Part shown: piece by piece, positions 22,473 through 35,303 of the stretch
Position numbering within the stretch: the stretch's first letter is position 1
Layout: each line of letters opens with the position of its first letter
Assembly: GCA_043228905.1 (NCBI GenBank)
Contig: JBHGNT010000001.1
Coordinates: forward strand, 11,966,001-12,030,000
Direction: 5' to 3'
Length of the DNA: 64,000 bases
Source: Azolla caroliniana
Taxonomy: Eukaryota > Plantae > Polypodiophyta
The notes under the pieces: generated by a model
Database searches by the model: none
Told to the model about the DNA's origin: nothing
Seen by the model: only the letters and a program-made list of their open reading frames with translations
Program-made: the position numbers and the translations under genes

Positions 22473-25400
22473 TGGTATCAGAGTGACCTTGCTGTCAGAC
22501 GACAATGAATAGCAAAAAACTGAGAAGAGAAGCTATCCGGTTGAGAGAAAAGACTAGGCCAACAACATCCACTTTCTAGAAAAACGGCGACACAGTTTGG
22601 CACAAGTGTGGAAATCCGGAAGTTCGACGGGAAGAACTTCACTCTATGGAAAGAAATGATGCAAGACGTGCTCATAATCCAAAGACAGTTCAAAGCCATC
22701 TTGCACAACACCTGACCAACTTTGATGTCTATTGAAGAGTGGAGATCTATGGAGGACATGGCACACTCCACCATCTGGATGCACCTGGCTGAAAATGTCT
22801 ATTTCAACATGGCAACAGAGACGTTGACATTCTCATTGTGGGAGAACTTCGGGTTGTTTATGAGAAGTCCTCATCGAAACTCATATTGATCCAAAAGTTG
22901 TTCAAAATGAAGATTAGAGAGACTAATCCAGCGACCTCCCACATCAACACCTTCAGCCGGGTGTTGTCCGAACTCTCCTCCCAAGGGAACAACTTCAAAG
23001 AAGAAGTTAAGGCCCTTTCCCTCCTTTTGAGATTGTTGGCAAGCTGGGAGGTATTCTGCACGACATTCTCCAACAGTTGTCCAAATCTCAATTTGGACGA
23101 AGCAATCGGACAAGTCCTAATGAGGACATTCGACGATGATCGATGGGCCTCACCATTGACAATTTTGCAGAATTTCACCACGCGATCAAGCCATCCAGAA
23201 GAACCGACCGAAGCACCAGTTGACTGAAGAGGAGGGACGATCAACAATGGTCAAACTCAAGGAATGCTTGGTCGAACGCCTTTTGCACACATTGCAGAAA
23301 GGTTGGCCACAATGTTTCTGAATGATGGTCGATAAAAAGAAAGGAGAATGGTCGGCGATTCAATTGGACATAAGGAAAATCCAATTTGAATCATTCTCCT
23401 ACCGTCAACCAAGTCAATATTGCCGAATCATGGCTTGGAGAAGTCCTTTCCTTGGAAGACTCTTCGACTGGTGAAGTCCTATACAGCGTGTAAGACGTAT
23501 GAACATGGATGCTGAACTTTGGTGCCACATTTCATATGAACCCCAACATCGAATGGTTTTCGGACTATTTGGCTGGAGCCGACGACACAGTTCGACTCGA
23601 CAACAGGCAGGAGTAAGTAATCATAGGGATCGGTGATGTCCCCATTCAATTGCCAAATGGCTATTCAATCACCCTGCCCCAAGTCCGGCACGTACCCGAG
23701 CTACGACGAAGTCTGGTCTTCATTGACATGCTAGCCAAAGCCGGGTACCGGACAACTCTTAGTGAGTCGTCATGGATGATCATCCAAGGAAACATGAAAA
23801 GAAGATGTAGATGCAAGTACAGCAACCGGTATCCACTAATAGCGATCAATCAAGAGGGCACAGTGAACGTCGTTGAATCACATGACTCAAATTTATGGCA
23901 TGGCCGACTCAACCATATGTCTCAAGCCGGATTAGACTGGCTTATGGAAATCGGCTTCATCTTGAAGCTCTAGACAAAGACGGACTTCTGCGAGCATTGT
24001 CATTACGAGAACACTTTCCACTATGAGATGGTACGACAACCCCTAGAACTGGTGCACATCGATATTTGTGGGCCGATGCCCGAAAGATCACTAGGAGGCT
24101 CCCGATACTTCATCACCTTAGTCGATGATTGTACTTGGAAGGTTTGGGCTTATTCAATTAAGTCCAAAGACGAAGTGTTTGATGTTTTCACTCGGTGGTT
24201 AGCCAAAGTCGAAAATAGATCCAGCCACAAAGTGAAGACACTAAGGTTGGACAACAATGGTGAATACACCTCCAAAGCCTTCGCCAGGTAACTGTCCGAA
24301 AAAGGGATCCGGAATCAGAAGACCGTTGTCACAAAAATACGACAAAGATATGTTGAACTTGAGGTAGGACCCCAGAGCCTCCAACCAAAGGATACCAAAT
24401 TCGTGCATTTATACTTTAAGAATTAATGGAAACGAGAAAGTTTGGTAAATTTCATTAGCAAAGGAAAAGAAAGTTACTATCTATCTTAAGATTGGGATTA
24501 CAGAAGTTTAGGTTTAAAGAGATTAATAGATAAGAAAAATTAGGGTTTTTTGAGAGATATATTTTCTGTAAGGAAAATTAGGGTTTTTGTGAGAGATAGC
24601 TTCAATCCCTTAAGGAAAAAATTACCCTAATAATAATAATAATCCCTCCCTTACATTGTGCTTTCCATCCTTATATAGTGACGGGTGAGGCTTCACACAT
24701 AGCAATCCATGTTTTTTCTAACTATAGACTTCATGCTTTTTCTTCTAACAATAGCATTCTTGCATGTGAGATGTGCATGAATAGCTTTTTCGATCATGCG
24801 TTATCTTTTAACTAAAATTTTATGCACTCTATGTTCAGTTGCATGCGTCCACACATGATCTTTACTTTAGTTGGCATACTTCTCTCCAGTTGCATGTGTC
24901 CACACGTGACCTTTACTTTAGTTGCAAGCGACCGTACATGACCTTTACTTTAGTTGGCATACTTCTCTCCAATTGCATGCATCCACACATGAACTTTACT
25001 TTAGTTGCATGCGACCGTATAGTTCGACCTGTCCATGATTGGTACTATCATCCCGCTCGATCCGTGCGTCATGACCATCCCAACAGTCCCTTTTCGGACG
25101 TTCCAAACCGTTCCAAAATCTTTTCGAGCAATTTCATCCACATCTGTTCATCCAAGAAGTTCCACCGCATTCGTTTTTCTGGACAACTCGGCCGAAATGA
25201 CTCCAATTGTTTTGTGCTCCAAACACACATATATGAAATAATAGGTTCTGGGTCTGCTTACATACTACTGGGTCCGACATTATCCTATCAATGTGGGATA
25301 TCTCACAGTTCTGTTTTCCCCATCTTCTCAAACTTCATACTCACATAACTTGATACTTAGTTGTCTATTTCATATGTAGTAAAATGCGTTCGTAAGCTCT

Positions 25401-28000
25401 TAAAGATGTCCATCTTTTCATACCAAACCATTAAGCTAATCTAAAATAATTATTTCATTATTTTTCATATCGTGTGTGAAGAACCACATGACACCGTTCC
25501 CTACACCCCGATGTAGAAGGGTGTAGCAGAACAGATGAACCAGACCATCTAGGAGAGGGTGACTGCAATGTTCTACCAAGCCGCAATATAGCTAGAGTTT
25601 TGGGCCGAAACAATGTAGATGTCAATGGCAGACTACTTGATAAATTTGTCGTCATCAAGAGTAATTCGGCTCCAAGTGCCACAAGGACTATGGTAAGGTA
25701 GACAACCGACATACGATAGGCTCCTACTTTCAGATGTGAAGTCTATGCCTTCATACCAAGGGAGAAAAGGACCAAGTTGGCATCCCATGCGACAAAATGC
25801 ATTTTTCTCGATTACAAAACCGATGGGGATTTCGAATACAAGATATGGAATCCAAAAAATCGGAAATTGATCCAAAGCAGCGATGTTGTCTTCAATGAAG
25901 ACTCAACACTCTCCAGCCAATCCCAACCGAAAATCGGCAAAAGAGTCACATTCAAACTTTGTGGAAATGAATCTAACGACAATGAGCCGATTATTCAACT
26001 CGAATTAGAAATTCGGCAAAATGTCAAAGTTGAATCGACCAACAACCCCTTGTCGAATCTGAATTGACAAAAGGTCCAACAACCGACTCCGAATCGGCTA
26101 AAATATTGACAAGATCCAAATCGGTTAAGGTGACCAATGGTCAATCCGAACTGCCCAATGCACAACAACACGATCAATTGCTCCCGAAGAGGAGGATTAT
26201 CCAACAACAATGCATGGCAATTGCTAGAGGGGATCATCTCAAGGAACTCTTGAAGACAGTTCAAGTAATGTCAATTGGTCGATCGTTCCAATTGAAGAAT
26301 CCGAACCAACCATATCGGCACCAAGGAGATTCGGACGAGTTCGAAAGCCAACTGAGTTCTATGAACTTGACGTGGACTATGTCAACTATACGGATGTTGG
26401 CGAACCTAGCTTGTAGGAGGAAACTGTATCCACACCAGATGCCGAGATATGGCTTCAAACCATGCATTTGAGATGAACTTGATCAAAGAAAATAACACAT
26501 GGGAGGTGGTCGAACTACCTATAGGAAGGATGCCGCTACCCTGCAAGTGGGTCTACCGATACAAATATGTATCCGGTTTGGATAGACCCAAGTACAAAGC
26601 TCGACTCGTCGCCAAGGGATTCAAACAAGAACACGGGGTCGACTATGACAAGATCTTCTCGAACTACTAGTAGGAAGGAAGTCGCTACCCTGCAAGTGGG
26701 TCTACCAATACAAATATGTATCTGGTTTGGATAGACCCAAGTACAAAGCTCGACTCATCACCAGGGGATTCAAACAAGAACAAGGGGTCGACTACGATGA
26801 GATCTTCTCGATGATAGTCAAGATGACCACCCTCTGGCTCCTACTTGGGATCATGGCGACGGAAGAGCTAGAGCTTCAACAACTCGATGTCAAGATGACC
26901 TTCCTACACAGAGATCTCGACGAAGATATTTAGATGTCTCAACCGGCAAGCTTCATGGCGATGGGGGAGCAAGGTCACCTCGTTTGCAAGTTGAAGAAGA
27001 GCCTATATGGCCTAAAGCAAGCACCGAGAATGTGGTATCAGAAGTTTGATACCTACATCCGGTAGCTCAATTATAGCCGACCGGACTCTGACCCATGTAT
27101 GTATATCCAAAAACTAGCCAACGAGTCCCATATCTATTTGATCCTATATGTGGACGACATGCTCATTGCCAGAATAAATTGAGCAGAGGTTGGAGAAATA
27201 AAACGGAGGGCCTTCATGATAAATTTTCCATGAAGGAGCTCGGACAAGCCTGACATATCTTGGCTATGCGGCTAGAGCGAAGTTGGATGACCAAGACCCT
27301 CCTACTCTCCTAGTCTGACTATATCTGGAAGGTGTTAAGACAATTCAACATGGAGAACACAAAACTGACACTGACTCCGCTTTCGACGTTGTTCAGACTA
27401 TCAGGCATAGACTCTCCATCGACCGACAAGAAGAGAGAGCTCAATAAAAAGACACCCTACATGTCGGCCATAGGAAGTATCATGTACACAATGGTGGCAA
27501 CCCGACCAAGAATGTAGGGGTCGTCAGCCGGTACATGTCAATCTCAGGACAGAAGCATTGGGAGGTTGTGAAGAAAAGCTTTAGGTACCTATGAGGGACT
27601 AAAGATGTACAACTAACTTTCGGATCAGCCAATCCACCAAAGTCGAGGGCTATATTGACTCTGACTACGCCGGAAATCGGATAATCGGAAGTCAATGCCT
27701 GGCTATATGTTCACTTGTGGCGGTGTCATCATATCTTGGAGTTTGAAGCTTCAAGAGTACACGACCCTCTCAACAATAGAGGCCAAGTACATAGCCTCCT
27801 TGGAGGCAGATAAGGAATCGATCTGGATGCATCGACTATCGGCTTATTTTTCGGCAACGAGCCAAATCAACCATCCGATGTTGATACTGTATTGCGACTC
27901 ACAAAGCGCAATCTACCTCATCCGAAATCCGGTCTATCATGCGAAAACAAAGCATAGGTGTGGTACCATCACATCCAGGAGCTCATAATGGAGAAGACGC
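22473..28000 (+). mobile_element. Decayed Ty1/copia element 2 (Tnt1/Tork-like), internal region
   Basis: Met-i PBS TGGTATCAGAG at 22473. Gag KFDGKNFTLWK, integrase LVHIDICGP, RT YKARLVAKGF and YVDD, RNase H YCDSQSAI. Heavily disrupted. Confidence 0.88.
24327..25493 (-). mobile_element. Solo LTR (1167 bp) inserted in the integrase of copia 2
   Basis: TGTCA...TGACA termini and a 4-bp TSD CCGT (24323-24326 / 25494-25497). The copia sequence resumes afterwards. Short internal tandem repeats at ~24837-25015. Confidence 0.85.
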
Positions 28001-28261
28001 TCAAGCGGGAAGCTGAAGGACGACTAGAGGCCGAAAGCTAGAATAAGACTCGATCCGATCTAGACGTACTAGCCGATTTGGCCGACCGGACAAGCCACTC
28101 CGGACAATACATTATCCGAACAACTAGCCGAATTATGCTAGATTTAGACTTAACCTCTACCGATTCGGCCATAAGCCGATCCACTTGTAATTATACAACT
28201 AGAATTTTAGATTCAAATTGTAATCTAGCTTTATGAGGGAGATAACCCCAACAAAGTGAAT

Positions 28262-29028
28262 ACCCTTGTCACGAAAGGGTTCAAACAAGAGCATGGGGTT
28301 GATTGTGGCGAGATATTCTCACCAGTAGTCAAGATGACCGCCCTCCAACTCTTACTAGGATTTGTGGCACAGAACACCTCGAGCTAGAGCAACTGGATGT
28401 AAAGACGACATTCCTACATGGAGATCTGGAAGAAGACATTTACATGTCTCAACTGGCAGGCTTCACGGCGACAAGGGAGGAAAGTCACCTCGTATGTCAG
28501 CTGAACAAAAATCTCTATGGCTTGAAACAAGCATCGAGGATGTGATACCATAAGTTTGACTCCTACATCAGGCAACTTGGATACCGTCGATCCGACTATG
28601 ACCCATGCATGTATATTCAGCAATTGGCTAACGAGTCTAGGATTTATCTGATCCTACATGTCGACGACATGCTGATTGCAGAAAGCAACCAAGCAGAGAT
28701 CGGAAAGCTTAAGTGGAGCCTTCATGACAAGTTCGCGATGAAGGAACTCGGACAAGACTGCCACATATTGGGCATGAGGATTGAGGGAAATTGGATGAGC
28801 AAGATTCTCTGACTCTCCCAGTCTGACTATATCCAAAAGGCGATGAAGCACTTCAACATGGAGAATGCGAAGCTAGCACCAACACCGCTTCTGACGTCGA
28901 TTAGACTATCGGACAAAGAATCTCCTTCAACGGACAAGGAGAGAGAGCTTAATTGAAAGATTCCCTACGCATCGGTCGTAGGAATTATCATGTATGCAAT
29001 GCGGTGTTCAGCCGGTACATGTCAAATA
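28262..29028 (+). pseudogene. Second copia RT fragment, same family as copia 2
   Basis: Motifs QLDVKTTFLHGDLEEDIYM and ILHVDDML. Parallels 26750-27540 and is truncated by copia 3. Confidence 0.8.
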
Positions 29029-29545
29029 TGACAGGAACTACGCGCTCCCGATGAACAACACTCGGCCACAATCGAGCTTAGAATCAAACACAAAAGACGG
29101 GAATGAAGGCACGACACAATGGAGAGAAGAGTACACAGAAAAGAAAAGAGAATACAGGATGTTAACGTGGAAAACCCAAACTAGGGAAAAACCACGACGG
29201 CCCACAGACTGCAAACTATCACTATATCACAATGATTACAACAGTGACCTCATGGAGGAAACGACCTCGTGCTCACGATCTTCGCCACAGACGACAGTTA
29301 CAATAGAGGCAACGACCTCTTCGTTTCTTTCTTTCTCTCTCTCTCTCTGTACACTGTTGCGCTCTAATCTTGCGCCAACAAGAATGACAACCACCATTAA
29401 GTTTGCCCTAAGTCATATTTATACAAAAATGACTTTTCGGCTATTTACAAATATAGCCCCAATGGACGCTCAGAAACATATTTACGAATATGTCCCTTCA
29501 TCCGGTGAGCACTCCTCACCGGGCCTGCATCATCCGACGCTTATC

Positions 29546-29740
29546 CGGGCACTCATCATCCGGTTCTCACCGGGGTCTTCCGTAGCCGGGTACTCCTCAT
29601 CCGGTTCTCACCGGGTCTTCCGTTGCCGGGTACTCCTCATCCGGTTCTCACCGGGTCTTCCGTTTCCGGGTACTCCTCATCCGGTTCTCACCGGGTCTTC
29701 CGTTGCCGGGTACTCCTCATCCGGTTCTCACCGGGTCTTC
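29546..29740. repeat. 40-bp CCGG-rich VNTR in the copia 3 LTR (about 5 copies; about 4 in the partner LTR at ~34366-34520)
   Basis: Unit CCGGGTACTCCTCATCCGGTTCTCACCGGGTCTTCCGTTG. Confidence 0.88.
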
Positions 29741-29777
29741 CCATCGGGAGGGACCTGTTTCCTAACAAACTCCCCCT

Positions 29778-32700
29778 TCACTCTTGCATGGGATGTCTCA
29801 CTAGTCCGACCTGCTTTCGACATGCATCCAGCTTGTCAGGTGTCAGTACTTTGGTCAACATATCTGACCCGTTCTCGGTCGTGTGGATCTTCGTTAGCGC
29901 GAGCTCTTGGTCATCTACTCTTTCCCAGATCCCGTGATACCTACGCTGGATATGCTTCGTCCGGGAATGGTAGGCCGCATTCTTAGCAAGGTGGATGGCA
30001 CTTTGACTGTCGCAATAGAGCCGGTATTCATCTTGCCGGATACCGAGCTCTCCAATGAATTCCTTCATCCATAATATTTCCTTGCCGACTTCCACAGCCG
30101 CCATGTAGTCCGCCTCCGTGGTTGACAACGCAACCGTCTTCTGCAACCTGGACTGCCACGAAACAGCTCCCCCTACATATGTCATTACATACCCGGATGT
30201 AGACCGGTCGGTGTCCACATCAGCCGACATGTCCGAATCGGTAAAACCGTCAAGTTGAGGTTTTCCGGAGCCGAATCGGAGACACATATTTGAAGTGCCC
30301 TTCAAGTACCGGAGTATCCATTTGACCGCGTTCCAGTGCTCCTTGCCGAGATTGCTCATAAACCAGCTCACCATTCCGACTGCGTATCCTATATCCGGTC
30401 GGGTACACACCATTGCGTACATTAAGCTCCCGACAACAAAGGCATATGGAACCTTCATCATATCAGCCTTCTCTGCTTTCGTCTTTAGGATTTGCTTACC
30501 GGATAATCTGCAGTTTGCCGGAAGTGTCGATCCGACCAGTTTCGCTTCTAACATGTTGAATCGTTGAAGCATCTTTGTCATGTACTTCTCTTGTGACAAC
30601 CACAATTCTTTCGTTGGCCGGTTCCAGATGATATGCTTCCCAAGCATCTGTCTTGCCGAACCCAAGTCTTTCATTGAGAAGGTCCGGTTGAGAGCCTTCT
30701 TCAGCATCCGTATTTTGGCTTGGTCCCGTCCGACGATCAACATGTCGTCCACGTATAGAAGGAGTATCAGGAAGTCGCCTCCTTCGAACTTCTTCACAAA
30801 CACACAGTGATCGGCCTGCATCTTGTGGTACCCTTGATCGGTCATGAAGGAGTCGAACTTCCGGTACCATTGTCGGGGAGCTTGCTTCAGTCCGTACAGG
30901 CTCTTCTTCAACCGGCATACCAGGTGCTCCTTCCCTTTCTCCAGGAATCCTTCCGGTTGTTGCATGTAGATCTCCTCTTCGAGGTCACCGTGAAGGAATG
31001 TCTTCTTCACGTCTAGCTGCTCTACCTCGAGGTCCATGCTTGCCGCTATACTCAGCACCGTACGGATGGAGATCATCTTTACTACCGGGGCAAATATCTC
31101 ATCGAAGTCCACGCCCTTCTTCTGTTGGAACCCCTTCACCACGATCCTAGCTTTGTATCTCGGGAGGTTGCCAGCATCTCCTAATTTCAACTTGTACACC
31201 CACTTGTTTCGGAGTGCCCACTTTCCTTTCGGCAACTCCACCAATTCGTACGTATGGTTCTCATGCAGGGAATCCATCTCGTCCTGCATGGCACTTAACC
31301 ATTTGCGGCTGTGAGTGTCATCCTTCGCCTCTACCAAGCTTTCTGGCTCCCCCTCATTGGTTAGCAACACATGCTCTGCATCCAGAAATCTTCGGGGGGG
31401 GCCTTCTCTCTCTATAAGGATATCTCCGTCTTTGGGCTTCGGTAACTAGGCCCTCCATTTTCTCTTCATCCGAATCCGATTCGGGGTCTTGGCCGGTTCC
31501 GGTTTCAGCTTCCTCTACTTCTTTTGCCGGTTCGGTTTCCTCACCGTAACCGGTTGGTTCCTCGAGTGCTAACCGGTCTCTTGCCGGTTGGGTTTGCTCC
31601 TCGTAGAATCGATCCTTACCGGTCGACTCAGAGTTCATTATCTTCTTCTCCGACTCCTAGTCGGCAAGTGTCTTGTCCTCCATGAAGATAATATCTCGAC
31701 TCCGGAATACCTTCTTGTCGACCAGGTCCCACACTCGATAGCCGAACTCATTGTCGCCGTAACCGAGGAATATGCATGGCCGGGTCTTTGGATCCAGCTT
31801 TCCTCTCCGGTCCTTAGCAACATGCAAGTACGCAAGACACCCGAATACTTTCAGATGCCGGTAGGAAACTTCCTTACCGGTCCAGACTCTCTGTGGCGTG
31901 TCTCCGTCCAAGGGTACTGAGGGTGATCTATTTATCACATATGTCGCCGTCGACAGTGCCTCAACCCAAAACTTCTTGGGTAGTTTTGCATGCGCCAGCA
32001 TACTCCAGACTCTCTCCATTATGGTCCGGTTCATCCTCTTGGCCAGCCCATTTAGTTTCGGCGTCTTCGACACGATAAATTCGAGCCGGACTCCCTTCGA
32101 GCAACAGTACTCCTTGAATTGCACCCGGTAGTCACCTCCGTTATCTGCTCGAACCGCCTTCAGCTTCCGGCCGGTTTCTCTTTCCACTCTCACGTGGAGC
32201 TCTTTGAAGACGGATAACACCTGATCCTTCGTCTTCAACGGTGTGGCCCACAGCTTCCGGTTGTGGTTATCTATGAACGACACGAAGTACTGTGATCCTG
32301 CATGTGACTTCGTGTCCACTTGACACACATCAGTATGCACCAACTCTAGTGGTGCATTACGTCTCATCGGTGGCCTTGGTCAGAAGGAGGTCTGGTTTTT
32401 CTTACCGGCCAGACAATCAGTGCACTTCTCCAAGTGCACGTTCTTCACTGGAATGAGGTTGTCTTTTGCAAGCCTCTTCATCCCCTTCTCGCTCATGTGA
32501 CACAGCCTCTTGTGCCACAACTCACTGGCAGTGTCGGATGCTACATTCACTTCCTCCGGTCATAACCGGGCATTCATCAGGTACAACGTGTTGACCTTTC
32601 GGGCCCTAGCCACAATCAGGCTCCCTTTGCTGAACTTCATAACACCATTCCGGATGCTACCCGTGTATCCTTCATCATCTAGCCGACCGGCTGATATCAG

Positions 32701-33820
32701 GTTTAGACAAACCTCCGAAACGTGTCGGATATCCTTCAACAGCAGCTTGCATCTGGTTAGTGTTGTCAACCACACATCTCCTATGCCAAAAATTCGGCAT
32801 GTACCTTCATTCCCCATCCGGACACAACCGTGATCACCGACTGAGTAGGATGAGAAGCATTTCTGGTCCGGGGTAAGGTGGAACGACCACCCAAGTCATC
32901 TTGGCGCCGACATGGTTTAGCTCACTCTCCTCGGTGATGAGCATCAACTCTTCTTCACTTGCCGCGATTGTCGTCGTTCCCTTCCGGTCCGGCCCCCTCC
33001 GGTCTTTACCGTTTCGGTCCGGTGTCCGCTTCGAATCGGTACCATCAGTTTCCTTGTCTTTTCGGAAATGCCGACAGTTCTTCTGGAAGTGTCCCGGCTT
33101 GCCGCAATAGAAGCAAGTAGGCCTCCCCCTTGACTTTGACCATGTCCCCGACTTCTCCCGGTTCTTGGGACTACGGTTCCTTTGTCTTCCGCGTTCCGAT
33201 TCGGTAAGGAGCGTTTTGTTGTCGGAGCTCGTATCCTTATCTTTCTGACGCGCCTCCTCATCTAGCAAGCTCAACTTCACTCTTGCTAGGGATAACCGTT
33301 TCCCTTCCAGCCCGGCATTGCCCAAAGTGACAACCAACGTCTCCCAGCTATCTGGGAGGGAACCGAGCAGGAGTAGCGCTAGTACCTCATCGGCGAGAGG
33401 TACTTCCAATGATGTTTCCTGGTGTATCAGCCCCTGGAAGGCATTCATGTGCTCGGCCATGCTGGAGCCATCTTGGTACCGGAGTCTTACTAGCTTCCGG
33501 AATACCGAAACCTGATTAATAGCATTCTTGTTTTGAAACATAATGCCGATCTTCTCCTAGAGCTCATGAGCCTTGCTCTCTTCATTGAAGTTGTTGTATA
33601 GGCTCATGTTGATGAAGCACCGTATGTACGCCGTTGTCTTCATGTGCATCACCTCCCATATCGTGGCATCGATTTTGTCCGGTCTCTTGTCCCCGAACTG
33701 AACCGGCAACCAAAGATCTTTAACCACGAGCATGTCCCTCATCTTCGACTTCCACACGGAATAGTTGGAGCCGGTGAGCTTGAACATACCTCCCAACGAA
33801 TCGTCCATTTTCTGTGTCAT
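29778..33820 (-). pseudogene. Copia 3 gag-pol with stops and frameshifts; RT-RNase H segment 29778-31370 is open
   Basis: Motifs CFYCGKPGHFQKNC, LVHTDVC, RADNGG, LLYVDDML and YCDSQSAIHL. Confidence 0.92.
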
Positions 33821-34135
33821 TTCGCTATGATACCAATTTGACAGGAACTACGCGCTCCCAATGAACAACGCTCGGCCACAACCGAGCTTAGAATCAAACA
33901 CAGAAGATAGGAATGAAGGCACGACACAATGGAGAGAAGAGTACACAGGAAAGAAAAGAGAATACAGGATGTTAACGTGGAAAACCCAAACTAGAGAAAA
34001 ACCACAACAGCCCACAAACTGCAAACTATCACTATATCACAATGATTACAACAGTGACCTCATGGAGGCAACGCCCTCGTGCTCACGATCTTCGCCATAG
34101 GCGGCGGTTACAACAGAGGCAACGACCTCTCCGTT

Positions 34136-34173
<38 letters not shown>

Positions 34174-35303
34174 CACTGTTGTGCTCTAATCTTGCGCCAA
34201 CAAGAATGACAACCACCATTAAGTTTGCCCTAAGTCATATTTATACAAAAATGACTTTTCGGCTATTTACAAATATAGCCCCGATGGACTCTCAGAAACA
34301 TATTTACGAATATGTCCCTTCATCCGGTGAGCACTCCTCACCGGGCCTGCATCATCCTGTGCTTGCCGGGCACTCGTCATCCGGTTCTCACCGGGGTCTT
34401 CCGTAGCCGAGTACTCCTCATCCGGTTCTCACCGGGTCTTCCGTTTCCGGGTACTCCTCATCCGGTTCTCACCGGGTCTTCCGTTGCCCGGTACTCCTCA
34501 TCCGGTTCTCACCGGGTCTTCTCATCCGGAGGGACCTGTTTCCTAACAGTAAAAATTGGGAAATTGAGCCAAGGACCTATAAGCTGCATGAGGTATTTCG
34601 GGTGTAGATCCAAGAGGGGATGGAGCTAGAGAAAGCTACTTGAAACCCTGTAGAATTTTTATGGGACGTGGGAAAAAAAGAAAAAAAACACAATTGTTTC
34701 AATATACAATAAAAATTGGCCGAAATATCATTCAACAGCTGCCATGGAATTCACAAAGATGCAGTTGGTTGTAAATGGAAGGAGGAGGGCTTATATGAAA
34801 CTTGCATGCAGGATTATTGGAGAAAGTTGTGGGCAGTTGAGTTGCCCGAAAATGCAAATCCTTTATTTCGGCTTATCCGCTAACTCCTTAGCCCTGATAG
34901 TGCAGTGCACAAAACCCACTTGACATGGATAACGGTTGCATGCACACAAATTTGGGGATCACGGAATTTGCAGGAAGCTTGGTCAAATGTGGCATTTAAC
35001 GGTCTATGGAACATTTGAAAATAGAGATATCTCAAATGGTACTCAAGGCAAATTCACACAATTGCATATGTCATCACAACTATATGGATTGATCTAGTGG
35101 TATCATTATGTGCACAATTCAAAAACTTGCAACGAGATTCAAAGTCTCAAGAGTTGGCACGAGCACGATTTATCTCACTCTGACAAATCACATCATTGGT
35201 GGACTTCACGTCAAGACATTCGAAGTGGTGCTACTAGCCGCCTCATTAGCTCTACCACTCATTGGCTAGGAAATCACCCATATTGCTTTCGGCGATATGA
35301 ATG

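Larger units (their letters stand above)
29029..34548 (-). mobile_element. Ty1/copia element 3 (Tnt1/Tork-like) with both LTRs
   Basis: LTRs at 29029-29767 and 33839-34548. PBS TGGTATCATAGCG at 33823-33835 and PPT TGAAGGGGGAGTT. No matching TSD (AAATA vs GTAAA). Confidence 0.93.

Noticed and set aside
28994-29986. 330-aa ORF as a gene
   Set aside because: It runs antisense through the copia 3 LTR, a CT microsatellite and the 40-bp VNTR. The sister LTR is interrupted by a stop.
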